A DNA stretch of 64,000 nucleotides from Candidatus Hydrogenedentota bacterium (GCA_012730045.1 JAAYBR010000143.1:26785-90784); one strand, 5' to 3'; counted from the stretch's first letter, positions 54,021 through 63,946 are shown. Notes: generated from the sequence alone by a model not told the origin. A program made the numbers and translations.

Positions 54021-55018
54021 GACGCCTCCACGCGGGGCTTCATGACCGCGATGCCCTTTTCACCCATGGCATGCACCAGCCTCCCGTACATCTCCTCGTC
54101 GTAGTACATGCCCACGACGGCACCGCCGGACCCGGCGTACTTGGCATGGGCGCCGAGACTGCGGGCGCACTCCACCATCTCCACGGTGCCGGGATCGAGG
54201 TTGAAGATTGAGCGGCGGCGGGCGAAGTTTTTGTCCATGAGCGGCCCGATTTCCAGGCCTTTGCCGGCCTTCAGAAGGGCGCGGGCCTCTTCGGCGTAGG
54301 CGGCGAAGTCCTTCATCGCCTGGACAACGTCCGGATCCCCGGCAAGCCAGCGCTGGCGCACGTTGTTGTGGATGGTCTCCGAGCCCTCGCCCAGATCGGT
54401 CCGGTAGGCGATGAAGAGCGGCGGCAACAGCGCCGGGTCCAGTTCCTCATACTCGCCGTATCCCCGGCCCTCCATGAGGTCGCGGTCGAAGTCCATGTAG
54501 ACCACGCCCTCGTAAACCTGGATGACGCGGTCCTGGAGCCCCGCGGTGATGCCCAGCTCGTCCATTTCCACGCTCAGGATGAGATTGGGCAGCAGGGGCT
54601 TGGGGATCTCCACCTCGTAGAACTCCGTGAGGCACTGGATCGTCGCGGTGACCAGGGCGCTCGATCCCGCCAGCCCGAGGCGGCGCGGGATCGTGGACCG
54701 GTAGCGCAGGGAGAAGTTCCGGTCGGGAAGCCGGATGCCCTGGGTCTCGCAGTGGTCAAAGAACTTCTTGACGGCGGCCTTCATCAGCCGGATGCCGCCG
54801 TAGTAGCCGTTGCTCTTGACGTCCTCCACCAGCTCGCGGATGCCCGGATACTTCGACCGGTCCTGGAAACTGGGGATGATCTCGACCTCCGGGCTCTCGT
54901 ACAGGCTCACCTTGGCCGAGAAGTCGCGGATGATGATGCTGATGGTCTTGCCGAAATACCCGTCCGACGGGTTTCCCATGAGCCCCGCCCGGGCATAGGC
55001 CACTGATTCAACCGCCAT
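54017..55018 (-). CDS. GHMP-family sugar/acid kinase
   Basis: Track ORF 54017..55096 trimmed to [21 protein letters not shown] at 55018 (AAAGGAG upstream). GHMP motifs PSDGY...GKTISI and PRRLGLAGSSALVTA. The stop overlaps the rsmI start. Confidence 0.7.
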   Translation of the reverse strand: MAVESVAYARAGLMGNPSDGYFGKTISIIIRDFSAKVSLYESPEVEIIPSFQDRSKYPGIRELVEDVKSNGYYGGIRLMKAAVKKFFDHCETQGIRLPDRNFSLRYRSTIPRRLGLAGSSALVTATIQCLTEFYEVEIPKPLLPNLILSVEMDELGITAGLQDRVIQVYEGVVYMDFDRDLMEGRGYGEYEELDPALLPPLFIAYRTDLGEGSETIHNNVRQRWLAGDPDVVQAMKDFAAYAEEARALLKAGKGLEIGPLMDKNFARRRSIFNLDPGTVEMVECARSLGAHAKYAGSGGAVVGMYYDEEMYGRLVHAMGEKGIAVMKPRVEAS

Positions 55019-55703
55019 GGCTGCACTCCTTTCCCTTTCCCGCCGGCTCCGCAGCGCCGGCGCTCTCCGAAAACACGTCCAGAAAGGCCCGCTCAAACCG
55101 GTCCATCACCTCCGAAATCGGGGGAGTGTGGCCGAGCAGGCGCGCCATCGAGGTCAGCCCCCGGTCGCGGATGCCGCAGGGGACAATGAGGGACCAGTGG
55201 CCCCAGTCGGGGGCCACGTTGAGCGCCAGCCCGTGAAAGGTGACCCACTGGCGGATGCCCACGCCGACGGCGGCGATTTTTTCCCCGCCGACCCAGACGC
55301 CGGTGTGCCCCTCCAGACGCTCCGCCGGGATGCCATAGTCCGCGAGCAGGCGGATAAGCGCCCCCTCCAGGGAGCGCAGGTACCATTGCACTGAGCAGCG
55401 CCGGCGGCGCAGGTCCAGGATGGGATACGCCACCAACTGGCCGGGGCCGTGGTAGGTGACGTCGCCGCCCCGGTCCGAGGGGCAGAGCGCCACACCGAGT
55501 TCTGCGAGTTTCTCCGGCGGCGCCAGCACATGCGCGGCGTCCGCCTTCCTGCCCAGGGTGACCACCGGGGCGTGCTCCAGGAGGAAGACCGTGTCGGGGG
55601 CCTCCCCGCGCTCCACAGCGTCCCGCCGCGCGCGCTGCATTTCAAAGGCGTCCCCATAGGGGATCAACCCGGGCAGGCGCTCAAAGGAAATCTCTCCGTT
55701 CAT
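55008..55703 (-). CDS. lipB: lipoyl(octanoyl) transferase
   Basis: Track ORF 55008..56177 trimmed to [16 protein letters not shown] at 55703 (GGGGAGGG SD). The conserved [28 protein letters not shown] and KIAAVG blocks are present. Confidence 0.8.
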   Translation of the reverse strand: MNGEISFERLPGLIPYGDAFEMQRARRDAVERGEAPDTVFLLEHAPVVTLGRKADAAHVLAPPEKLAELGVALCPSDRGGDVTYHGPGQLVAYPILDLRRRRCSVQWYLRSLEGALIRLLADYGIPAERLEGHTGVWVGGEKIAAVGVGIRQWVTFHGLALNVAPDWGHWSLIVPCGIRDRGLTSMARLLGHTPPISEVMDRFERAFLDVFSESAGAAEPAGKGKECSHGG

Positions 55704-55720
55704 GCGCCCGAGGCCCTCCC

Positions 55721-56398
55721 CTACCCCTGCATCACATCGTACAGGGGGGTTCCGTAGAAGGCGAGGGCGAACACCCCCCTGGACAGCAGGGCCATGGGCA
55801 CGTCCAGGATGTGGAACTGGAAGACCAGGACGAAGAGGATGATGAGGCTGAACGGGCCCAGTTTTTCGAACTGCTCCGCGGCCCTGGGGGGCAGCACGGC
55901 CTCGAGCAGGTGGTGGCCGTCGAGGGGCGGCAGCGGGATCAGGTTGAACAGCATGAGCAGCGCGTTGATGAGCGCCAGATAGACGAAGGTCTGAAGGAGG
56001 AGGAGAACGACCGGATTCGCGCCCACCACGCCCACGGCCATCGCCACAAGGCGCAGAACCACCACCGTCGAGAGGATCAGGAGCAGATTGGCACCGGGGC
56101 CCGCCAGGCCGATCAGCACGGAGTCCCGGCGGATGTTGTGGAGATTGCGGGGGTTGTAGGGGACGGGTTTGGCCCACCCGATAAGGAAGGGAGATGTGCT
56201 GAATATGGCGAACAGCGGCAGCACCACGGTGCCCAGGGGGTCAATGTGCTTGACGGGGTTCAGGGTCATGCGCCCGAGCAGGCGCGCCGAGGGATCGCCG
56301 CACCAGTTGGCCATGGCGGCGTGGGCCGCCTCGTGGGCGCTGAGCGAGAACAGCAGGCACAGGTACTGGAGGATCATCATTCCCAGGTCGTCGCGCAC
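55721..56398 (-). CDS. site-2 protease family (peptidase M50) membrane metalloprotease
   Basis: HEAAHAAMA (HExxH within the first TM region). A small polytopic membrane protein typical of single-domain M50B peptidases. Confidence 0.7.
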   Translation of the reverse strand: MRDDLGMMILQYLCLLFSLSAHEAAHAAMANWCGDPSARLLGRMTLNPVKHIDPLGTVVLPLFAIFSTSPFLIGWAKPVPYNPRNLHNIRRDSVLIGLAGPGANLLLILSTVVVLRLVAMAVGVVGANPVVLLLLQTFVYLALINALLMLFNLIPLPPLDGHHLLEAVLPPRAAEQFEKLGPFSLIILFVLVFQFHILDVPMALLSRGVFALAFYGTPLYDVMQG

Positions 56399-56455
56399 GG
56401 AAAACTCCTTGTTCTTGTCACGCGGGGCATTGTATCAGGCGCCGGGGGGGCGGCG

Positions 56456-57289
56456 TCATTCCGCGGCGGCGGGAAGCTCGGTCAGCGTGATCTCGTAGAG
56501 CATGGGCCACTTCTTCCCCGTCACCCAGAGCCGTTTCGTGGCCGGGTCATAGGCGATGCCGTTCAGCACGTCCACCCGGTGTCCCGCGCGGTCCTCGGGG
56601 GTGAGGAGGCCCGACAGGTCAATCCAGGCCTCCACCGTTCCCGTGTCCGGCGCGATCACGGCGACCACGTCCTTTTTCCAGATGTTGGCGTAGACGCGGC
56701 CCTCGACCCATTCCAGCTCGTTCAGCCGCCCCACGGGCTGGCCCCCGCTGGTCACCCGGACCGTCCTCGTGACGGCGAAGGTGTCGGGGTCCAGAAAGCG
56801 CAGGTTGGCGGTCCCGTCGCTCAGGATGAACTGCTTTCCGTCAAAAGTGAGGCCCCAGCCCTCGCCGATGTAGTGGAACTCCGCCAGCGGTTCAAAGGTC
56901 TTCCGGTCGTACACGAAGCCCTTGCCGTTCTGCCAGGTCAGCTGGACCAGCCGGTCACCGTCGCAGGCCAGGCCCTCGCCGAAGAACTGGTCGCCCAGCC
57001 CGCGGCTCCGCAGGACCTTGCCGTCCTCCAGGGAGACCTCGCGCACGGTGGATTCCCCCTTGATGCCCGTGCTTTCGTAGAGCAGGCCGTCGTGCCAGAG
57101 CAGGCCCTGGGTGTAGGCCTCCGGGTCGTGGGGGTGCTTCTGGACCACGGTGTGGGTGTACCGCGCGGCGGGGCCGGACGGCAGGGTGTCGCAGGAGCAG
57201 GCGCACAGCAGCGCAGCGACGCACACGGCCGCCAGCACGGCCCCGCCCCTGAGGGGGCGGCGGACAGCCTTTCCGGCCGCGCGCGTCAT
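56456..57289 (-). CDS. glutaminyl-peptide cyclotransferase (plant/bacterial beta-propeller type), lipoprotein
   Basis: Track ORF 56456..57409 trimmed to [33 protein letters not shown] at 57289. Conserved [29 protein letters not shown] and [16 protein letters not shown]. The start overlaps the clpX stop. Confidence 0.7.
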   Translation of the reverse strand: MTRAAGKAVRRPLRGGAVLAAVCVAALLCACSCDTLPSGPAARYTHTVVQKHPHDPEAYTQGLLWHDGLLYESTGIKGESTVREVSLEDGKVLRSRGLGDQFFGEGLACDGDRLVQLTWQNGKGFVYDRKTFEPLAEFHYIGEGWGLTFDGKQFILSDGTANLRFLDPDTFAVTRTVRVTSGGQPVGRLNELEWVEGRVYANIWKKDVVAVIAPDTGTVEAWIDLSGLLTPEDRAGHRVDVLNGIAYDPATKRLWVTGKKWPMLYEITLTELPAAAE

Positions 57290-58581
57290 GCCGAGGCGTT
57301 GCCGGCGCGCTTTTCCGGAGGCTCCTTGAGGTCCTTGAGGCGTCCCTCGTTCTCGTACACGATGATGGGGTCCTCCCCGTTCAGGATGACCCCGGGAGTG
57401 ATGACGCACTCCTTGACGTCTGTGCGCGAGGGGATGTCGTACATGAGGTCGAGCATGACGATCTCCAGGATGCCGCGCAGGCCGCGCGCCCCGGTGTCAT
57501 GCTGCATGGCCCGCTCCGCCACCGCGGTGATGGTCTCCTCCTGGAAGACGAGCTTGACGTTCTCCATCTGGAAGAGCTTCTCGTACTGGCGGGTCAGCGC
57601 GTTTTTCGGCTCGCGCAGGATGCGCGCAAGGTCGTCCCGCGTCAGGTCGTTCAGCGTGGCCACCACGGGCAGCCGCCCGACAAACTCGGGGATCATGCCG
57701 TACTTGATCAGGTCTTCCGGGCGCACCTGGGCCAGGATTTCGCCGAGGCGGGCCGTCTTCTTTGTCTTGATGTCCGAGGTGAACCCGGCCGTGTTGGTGC
57801 CGGTCCGCTTGCGGATGACCTGCTCCAGACCGTTGAAGGCGCCGCCGCAGATGAACAGGATGTTCCGGGTGTCCACCTGGACGCATTCCTGCTGCGGGTG
57901 CTTGCGGCCGCCCTGCGGCGGCACATTGGCCACCGTGCCCTCGAGAATCTTCAGCAGGGCCTGCTGCACGCCCTCGCCCGACACGTCGCGCGTGATGGAC
58001 GGGCTGTCGCTCTTGCGCGAAATCTTGTCCACCTCGTCAATGTAGACAATGCCCATCTCCGCCCGGCCAATGTCGAAATCCGACGCCTGGAGGAGCTTCA
58101 GCACCACATTCTCCACGTCGTCGCCCACATACCCCGCCTCGGTCAGCGTGGTCGCGTCCACAATGGCCAGCGGCACGTCCAGCATCCGGGCCAGGCTCTC
58201 CGCCAGCAGGGTCTTGCCGCAACCCGACGGGCCGATCAGCAGGACATTGGACTTCTGGAGCTCCACCCCCTCGACCTCGGAACCCGTGGTGATCCGCTTG
58301 TAGTGGTTGTGCACCGCCACGGCCATCACCCGCTTGGCATAGTCCTGCCCGACCACATACTGGTCCAGGAATTCCTTGATTTCCTTGGGCGCGGGCACCC
58401 GCTTCTGGAGGGTGCGGCGCTTGCGGGTCTTCTCCTCCGCGATGATCTCGCTGCACAGACGCACGCAGTCATCGCAGATGTTCACGTCCGGCCCCGCGAT
58501 GAGCTTGTTCACCTCATCGTGCCGTTTCCCGCAAAAGGAGCAGGTCGGGCCGGAGATTCTGGAACGTTGCTGAGGCGCCAT
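57286..58581 (-). CDS. clpX: ATP-dependent Clp protease ATP-binding subunit ClpX
   Basis: N-terminal C4 zinc finger CSFCGK...CDDC. Walker A GPSGCGKT, Walker [10 protein letters not shown] and sensor motifs are present. 431 aa. Confidence 0.9.
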   Translation of the reverse strand: MAPQQRSRISGPTCSFCGKRHDEVNKLIAGPDVNICDDCVRLCSEIIAEEKTRKRRTLQKRVPAPKEIKEFLDQYVVGQDYAKRVMAVAVHNHYKRITTGSEVEGVELQKSNVLLIGPSGCGKTLLAESLARMLDVPLAIVDATTLTEAGYVGDDVENVVLKLLQASDFDIGRAEMGIVYIDEVDKISRKSDSPSITRDVSGEGVQQALLKILEGTVANVPPQGGRKHPQQECVQVDTRNILFICGGAFNGLEQVIRKRTGTNTAGFTSDIKTKKTARLGEILAQVRPEDLIKYGMIPEFVGRLPVVATLNDLTRDDLARILREPKNALTRQYEKLFQMENVKLVFQEETITAVAERAMQHDTGARGLRGILEIVMLDLMYDIPSRTDVKECVITPGVILNGEDPIIVYENEGRLKDLKEPPEKRAGNASA

Positions 58582-58637
58582 TGACGGGTCTCCATGAATC
58601 CAACGACTGCCCTCGTTCTTGGGGCAATCCCACGCGC

Positions 58638-58666
58638 AATAATAGCACTTTCAAGAATGCGTGTCA
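58638..58666 (-). promoter_or_regulatory. near-consensus sigma70 promoter of clpX (-35 TTGACA, 17 nt, -10 TATTAT)
   Basis: Minus strand: TTGACAcgcattcttgaaagtgcTATTAT in an AT-rich island. About 50 nt of 5' UTR before the ATG at 58581. An adjacent imperfect palindrome GGATGGC-t-GGCCATCC lies at ~58684-58700. Confidence 0.5.
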
Positions 58667-58847
58667 ACAATAAATTGTGGCCGGATGGCTGGCCATCCCC
58701 ACCTATTGTGCCTTGAACGCCCGTTGAAAGGCAAACGGCACCCACAACTTGTGTATTCCCAATGGCGGGGAAAGGTTCCGGAAAGGAGGGCGAAACAGGG
58801 GGGCAAGGGGGCGTTTTTTGGGGGGAGTTGGGCTCAGGCGGAATGGG

Positions 58848-58880
58848 GTGGACGCGGTGGACCGCGTGGACGAGGTGGAC
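58848..58880. repeat. four GTGGAC hexamers at exact 9-bp periodicity
   Basis: GTGGACgcgGTGGACcgcGTGGACgagGTGGAC. It lies ~80 nt upstream of the membrane-protein start at 58961 and ~185 nt upstream of the divergent clpX promoter. Confidence 0.45.
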
Positions 58881-58960
58881 GGAGGAGCTGCGAAGGATGG
58901 CATTGTGCGGCGGTTTCGGGTAGACTGGGGGGACTTTGCGGGGTCTCGGGAGTCTTTCGG

Positions 58961-60889
58961 ATGGTGGATTGGATGGCAGAGCAGGTGCGGGGCGCGTTTG
59001 GCGCGCCGCTGTACCTGCCGCTGGTGCTGGCGGCGGTCGGGGTGCTGGCCGCCGGGGCGGTGGTGTCCTCGGGGGCGGTGCGGCGGCGGCTGGGCGGCCC
59101 GGGGCATGCGTTTGCCTCGGGGTTTCTCGGGGCGGTGCTGGCGGTCACGGCGGTGTTGGCGGTGGAAAACTATGTGAAGACCGACTATTTCCGGTACGGG
59201 TCGCACCTGAACGCCTATGAGTTCTTCCACTACTACCTGGGCTCGAAATACGCCCCGGAGCTGGGGTACACGCGGCTGTACGCCGCCGCGCTGATCGCGG
59301 ACGACGAGACGGGGCGGAAGTGGGCCCACCCGTCGAAGATGATCCGGAACCTGGAAACGGGGGGGTATGTCGCGGCGGAGGCGGTGCTGGCGGACCGGGA
59401 GGCGGTGAAGGCCTGTTTTTCCCCGGAGCGCTGGGAGGCGTTCAAGGGGGACGTGGCCTGGTTCAAGGATGACAGCCGTCTGAACGGGGCGCGGTGGGCG
59501 AGCGTGCTGCGGGACAAGGGGTACAACGGCACGCCGGTGTGGGGCATGGTGGTGGGGGGGCTGCTGGCGAACCGGGTGCCGACTTCGTCGGCCCGGGGCA
59601 TGGGCGCGCTGTCCCTGTTGGACCCCCTGCTGCTCGCCGCGGCGATGGGGCTGGTCTGGTGGGCCTTCGGGTTCCGCGCCATGGCGCTGCTGGTGGTGCT
59701 GCTGGGCACGAACTATATGATGAAATGGTGGCACATGAAGGGGGCCTTTCTGCGGACCGACTGGGTTGCGGCGATGGTGGCCTCGGTGTGCCTGATGAAG
59801 AAGGGGCGGCACGGCCTGGCGGGCGGGCTGCTCGCCTGGTCCGTCCTGTCGCGCATTTTTCCCGTGGTGCTTTTGTTCGGGCCGGGCGTCAAGCTTGCCG
59901 AGCAGGCCTGGGAATTCCGCCGACGCCGGAGCGGCCCCCTGTTTGAGGCGGTCGGACGGCGCTTTCCCGGCCGCCGGGGCGCGGTTCTCCGCCTGACCGC
60001 AGGGACGGCGGCGTTTCTGGCTGCGGTGTGCGTGCTGTTCTGGGTCCGGGGGGCGCTGGTGCCGTGGCTGTCGGCCCCCGAACACGGGGTGGCCGCCCTG
60101 TTCCGGCCTGCGGGCGCGGGGATGGTGGCGGCGGCGGCCAACGGGTTCGCGGTGCTGGTGCTGGCCGCGCTGGCGGCCACGCTGGGCATGACGGCGGTCC
60201 AGGGATGGTGGACCGGGGGCATGGACCGGCGGTGGCTGCGCTTTTTCGCGGTGTTCGCGGTGGTGACGGCGGGGTTCGGGCTGGCATCGGCGGCGCACTG
60301 GCGGGGCACGGGCCTCTGGCCGGAGTACGTGAAGAAGATCGGTGACCACAACCAGGGGGTGAGCGAGTGGCGGGTGGGCTACAAATACGTCCTCATGGCG
60401 GAGTGGCCGGAGGGGTTCCGCGCGCTGGACACGCCGCCCCGGCAGTGGGCCCCCCAGCTCCGGTCGGCGCGGTACCAGGAGCACCTTCACACCTGGTGGA
60501 ACACGCAGGCCACGGTGCTGCTGGCGGCGTTCCTGGCGGCCTTCTTCCTGAAGGACCACCGCGCCCTCATGCTGGGGTTCGCGCCCCTGTTCTTCCTGTC
60601 GGCGGCCACCTACTACTACTACATCATGCTGCTGGTGCCCATGCTGTTTTTCGCGGAAAAGGCGGAGTCGCCGCCCCACGCCCTGGGGGCGTCGCTGCTG
60701 CTGCTTTCGGGGGCGTCGGGCTACTTCTTTTACGGCCTGTGGAAGCAGCAGTACGGGACCTACTACTGGCTCTCCGTGGAGCTGATGGCCGTGTGCCTGC
60801 TTCTGCTGGCGCTGGCCTTCGCGGAGGGGCTCCTGTCGGCATGGGGGGCGGGGGATGGCGAAGACCCCCCGGCCCGAAGGGAGGCGTGA
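58961..60889 (+). CDS. large polytopic membrane protein, hypothetical (GT-C-like / DUF2079-like topology)
   Basis: Track ORF 58661..60889 trimmed to MVDWMAEQ at 58961 (GGGAG 8 nt upstream). 642 aa with at least 12 hydrophobic helices. Aromatic-rich loops (YFRYGSHLNAYEFFHYYLGSKY, TYYYYIML). Confidence 0.5.
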   Translation: MVDWMAEQVRGAFGAPLYLPLVLAAVGVLAAGAVVSSGAVRRRLGGPGHAFASGFLGAVLAVTAVLAVENYVKTDYFRYGSHLNAYEFFHYYLGSKYAPELGYTRLYAAALIADDETGRKWAHPSKMIRNLETGGYVAAEAVLADREAVKACFSPERWEAFKGDVAWFKDDSRLNGARWASVLRDKGYNGTPVWGMVVGGLLANRVPTSSARGMGALSLLDPLLLAAAMGLVWWAFGFRAMALLVVLLGTNYMMKWWHMKGAFLRTDWVAAMVASVCLMKKGRHGLAGGLLAWSVLSRIFPVVLLFGPGVKLAEQAWEFRRRRSGPLFEAVGRRFPGRRGAVLRLTAGTAAFLAAVCVLFWVRGALVPWLSAPEHGVAALFRPAGAGMVAAAANGFAVLVLAALAATLGMTAVQGWWTGGMDRRWLRFFAVFAVVTAGFGLASAAHWRGTGLWPEYVKKIGDHNQGVSEWRVGYKYVLMAEWPEGFRALDTPPRQWAPQLRSARYQEHLHTWWNTQATVLLAAFLAAFFLKDHRALMLGFAPLFFLSAATYYYYIMLLVPMLFFAEKAESPPHALGASLLLLSGASGYFFYGLWKQQYGTYYWLSVELMAVCLLLLALAFAEGLLSAWGAGDGEDPPARREA

Positions 60890-60898
60890 CCCGCCCCT

Positions 60899-62029
60899 TT
60901 AGAGGAGCTGGGTGCCCTGCATGGTCGTGTCGCCCACGTCGGGCAGGCTTTCCTGGTAGATTTCCACGCCGCTCTCGTCCCGGAGCATCTGCATCATCTT
61001 GCCGATAATGAGGGGCGCGGCGAGGGTGGGTTTCGCCTCCTCCAGCGTCAGTTTCCGGGCGGGTTTGCATTCCAGCACCTTGAGGACCAGGTAGGCGTCG
61101 GGCATGTTGATGGCGCGTGCGCGGCCCTGGGCGTCCGTGGCCACCTGCCGGTAGGCGGGCAGGTACACGGGCCCGATGACGGTGTCCACGGCGGTGCCCG
61201 AGGCCACCTCCCAGAACCCCCGGAAGCGCTCCAGCGCGGGGTTGTTCTGGATCCCCGATTCGATCACGTACTCAACCTTCTCCTCCGCGCCCCGCCGCAG
61301 AAATTCGTCCACCAGCGCGTCAAAGCCCTCCCCGGCGTCCAGGCGGGCGCGGACCGCCGAGGCCCGGGCGGACGCGTCGGGAAGCGCGGCCGGGAAGCGC
61401 ACGGCGCGGAAGGCGATCTCCTCGAAGACATCGAGGGTTTCGCCGGAGAAGCGGTACTCGCGTTCGAACTCCTCGTCTGAGATGGTGATGCGCTTCTCCT
61501 TGAAGGCCTCCACGGCGAGATACTGGACGGCGCTCTCGCCGAGGAGCCGGGCGACCACGGCGTCGGTCCCGTCCTCGATGTTCTGCTTGAGGTTTCGGAG
61601 GCGGTCCGGTGTGAGCTCGTAAATCTTCATGAGGGGGGTGATTTCATTGTTGACGGGGATTTCGGCCTGCCACATGGCGCGCAGGTAGTCCGCCTCGTCC
61701 CCCCGTTCCTGAAAATAGACCTCGCGGGCCTGCTCGCGGTCCACGTCAATCTTGCCCTCCTCCTTCAGCTTCTTCCCGAGGGGCAGCTTGATCTGCTGGT
61801 CAATGTGGTGGTTCAGCACGCGCAGGAGGTCGCCGCGGGTCCGGATTTTGGGCCGGTCCGTGTCGGGCATTTCCCGGATCAGCCGGAACAGGTCGCCCCG
61901 GGTGATGTACTTGTCCCCCATCTTCGCCACGCGGATGCGGTCCTTGTCCACAATCCGCCCGCAGCCCGCCGCCAGCACCGCCAGCAGGGCCGCCGCGGCC
62001 AGCATCTTCACCTTTGTTCCCTGCATCAT
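60899..62029 (-). CDS. SurA/PpiD-like periplasmic chaperone lipoprotein (SurA N-terminal domain)
   Basis: Signal/lipobox MKMLAAAALLAVLAAGCG. Helical SurA_N-like region. No clear parvulin catalytic motif. The start is ambiguous among 62029, 62026 and 62005. Confidence 0.5.
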   Translation of the reverse strand: MMQGTKVKMLAAAALLAVLAAGCGRIVDKDRIRVAKMGDKYITRGDLFRLIREMPDTDRPKIRTRGDLLRVLNHHIDQQIKLPLGKKLKEEGKIDVDREQAREVYFQERGDEADYLRAMWQAEIPVNNEITPLMKIYELTPDRLRNLKQNIEDGTDAVVARLLGESAVQYLAVEAFKEKRITISDEEFEREYRFSGETLDVFEEIAFRAVRFPAALPDASARASAVRARLDAGEGFDALVDEFLRRGAEEKVEYVIESGIQNNPALERFRGFWEVASGTAVDTVIGPVYLPAYRQVATDAQGRARAINMPDAYLVLKVLECKPARKLTLEEAKPTLAAPLIIGKMMQMLRDESGVEIYQESLPDVGDTTMQGTQLL

Positions 62030-62085
62030 GCTATGATCCTTGCGAGGCGTTTTTCGCGCGGCCCGCCGCGCCGGGAGGTTGTCCC

Positions 62086-62175
62086 ATGCACGTGTATCTG
62101 GCTTTCATGGGCCTGCTGGCCGTCACGATGTTCCTGTGGCTCCTGCTGGCATTTTACACGGACGACGAGTCCTGA
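62086..62175 (+). CDS. candidate 29-aa hydrophobic micro-protein MHVYLAFMGLLAVTMFLWLLLAFYTDDES
   Basis: It is not in the six-frame track because it is short. GGGAGG 7 nt upstream of the ATG. A single predicted TM helix with an acidic C-terminus. It occupies the intergenic space between two convergent genes. Confidence 0.35.
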   Translation: MHVYLAFMGLLAVTMFLWLLLAFYTDDES

Positions 62176-62191
62176 CCGGCCCCCGTTTCCG

Positions 62192-63946
62192 TCACGGCGC
62201 GCGCCGGATCAGGTGGCGGTAGGAGAAGGTGGCCTGGTCGTGGGCCGTCTGCGAGGCGACGGGGGTCAGGGGCACGGCATACTCCCCCATGAACCCGGAG
62301 TGGTTGTACGTGACCCCGAGGACCGGCCCGGAGGCGGCCGCCCCCTTCCCTTCCAGCTCCCCCGCCGCCGCGCGCAGGGCGGCCTCTTCGGGGAACAGGA
62401 GCACGTTCTCATCCCAGGGCTCGCCGTGGAACATGGGGTTGCGCCGCTCGTCCACGCCCATGAGCCAGGGGCCGAGGAAGAGCGCCAGCAGCTCCGGCTT
62501 GTCCGCCGGGAGAGCCTCGCAGGCCACCGCCTCGTTTTTGGGATTCACGAAACGGAAGGCGTATTCGAGGGCCACCGTCACCTTTTCGCCGGGCTTCAGC
62601 GGCACCGCCGCATTGTCCCCGTCCGCCGGGGCGGGCGAAACCGAGAACCCGGCCGCCCATGCGGGACGGCGCAGCAGGACGCGCACGCCCGCCGCCGGGC
62701 CCTCTTCCAGCGTCACCTCATACGAGGCGCCCGCGCCGTTTCCGTGCGCCTTCCGGGCCACGGCCAGGGTGCAGCCGCCGGCCGACCAGCGCCCCTCCTC
62801 CCAGAGGTTCAGGCGCAGCGCGTCCCCGCCCTTGTCCGCGGTGACGACCGAATCCAGCACATCGCGGAAGGCCCGCATGCCGTGCATGGTGCAGCACCAC
62901 CAGGCGCGGCCGGACCCGGGATGGGGCTTGTAGCCCTTGTAGGCGAAGCAGCGGTGTCCGAAATCGCCCGTGTCAAACTGGTTGGCGTAAAAGGCATTGT
63001 AGAGGCAGGTCTCCGCGCGCTCGAGATAGGCCCCGTTCCCCGTGGCCTTCCAGAGCTGCAGCGACAACCGGAGCAGGTCGGCGACGGAGCACCCCTCGTC
63101 GCGGTCGTAGTCGGGCTTGAAGTACTCCAGGATGCCGCCGTTGGGCATCACGGCGCCGGCATCCAACAGGTCCTGATAGCGGGCCTCCACCGCCTTCAGG
63201 ATGGCGGCGTCGCCGGTGGTCTCGTAAATCATCATCGCGCCGCGCAGGGTCGTGAGATAGCCGTGGGTGTGCTGGTCTCCCCTGCCCTCCAGGATGGGCT
63301 CCATCTTCCGCGCGGCGTCGCGGTAGGCCTCCTTCCCCGTGGCGCGGGCCAGCAGTTCCAGCCCCTCGTTGAGCTGGGTGAAGCAGATGAAGCCGTTGGC
63401 GGCCTTGCCGCGCAGCCGGTCCATAACCTCCGGTTTCGCGCAGTCGTCAAAGACCGCCAGCAGGAAGACGCCCAGCCGCTCGGCGGCCTCCAGGGCCTCC
63501 TTCTGTTCGGGGAACCGCTGCGCGTACTCCAGGAGTCCCACGAGCAGCCGGCCGTTGCCCCAGAGCAGGGCCATCTGGTCGGGCCCGACGTCCGCCGCCT
63601 TGAAAGAAAGGCTCTCATAGCCGAAACGGCCGTCCTTCCGCTGGTGTTTCAGCGTCTCCGCGACCAGGCGGTGGAGGCGCGCGTCGTCCTCGCCGCCGCG
63701 GGAGAGCATGGCCAGGGCGCTGAGGAAGCGGCCGGAGACGTCGCCGCTGAACTCCATGAAGCGCCGCGGGCGGCTCTTGTCCACCAGAACATCCGCCAGA
63801 ATGAAATCGTCCGAAAAGGCCGGCTCGTCCACGACGGTGATCCGGTTGAAGACCAGGGCGATGCGGGCCGCCAGTTCCCCCTCCGGATGCGGAGCGGACG
63901 TCTGGCCGACGGCAAGCAAACACGCGGCAACGGTGAGAATACCCAT
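62192..63946 (-). CDS. glycoside hydrolase family 127-like protein (DUF1680, beta-L-arabinofuranosidase-type), secreted
   Basis: Signal peptide MGILTVAACLLAVGQTSA. E-G-C (DEGCSV) and a CC pair (WWCCTMHG) about 75 residues apart mirror the Glu/Cys/Cys-Cys zinc site of GH127 HypBA1. 584 aa. Confidence 0.6.
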   Translation of the reverse strand: MGILTVAACLLAVGQTSAPHPEGELAARIALVFNRITVVDEPAFSDDFILADVLVDKSRPRRFMEFSGDVSGRFLSALAMLSRGGEDDARLHRLVAETLKHQRKDGRFGYESLSFKAADVGPDQMALLWGNGRLLVGLLEYAQRFPEQKEALEAAERLGVFLLAVFDDCAKPEVMDRLRGKAANGFICFTQLNEGLELLARATGKEAYRDAARKMEPILEGRGDQHTHGYLTTLRGAMMIYETTGDAAILKAVEARYQDLLDAGAVMPNGGILEYFKPDYDRDEGCSVADLLRLSLQLWKATGNGAYLERAETCLYNAFYANQFDTGDFGHRCFAYKGYKPHPGSGRAWWCCTMHGMRAFRDVLDSVVTADKGGDALRLNLWEEGRWSAGGCTLAVARKAHGNGAGASYEVTLEEGPAAGVRVLLRRPAWAAGFSVSPAPADGDNAAVPLKPGEKVTVALEYAFRFVNPKNEAVACEALPADKPELLALFLGPWLMGVDERRNPMFHGEPWDENVLLFPEEAALRAAAGELEGKGAAASGPVLGVTYNHSGFMGEYAVPLTPVASQTAHDQATFSYRHLIRRAP

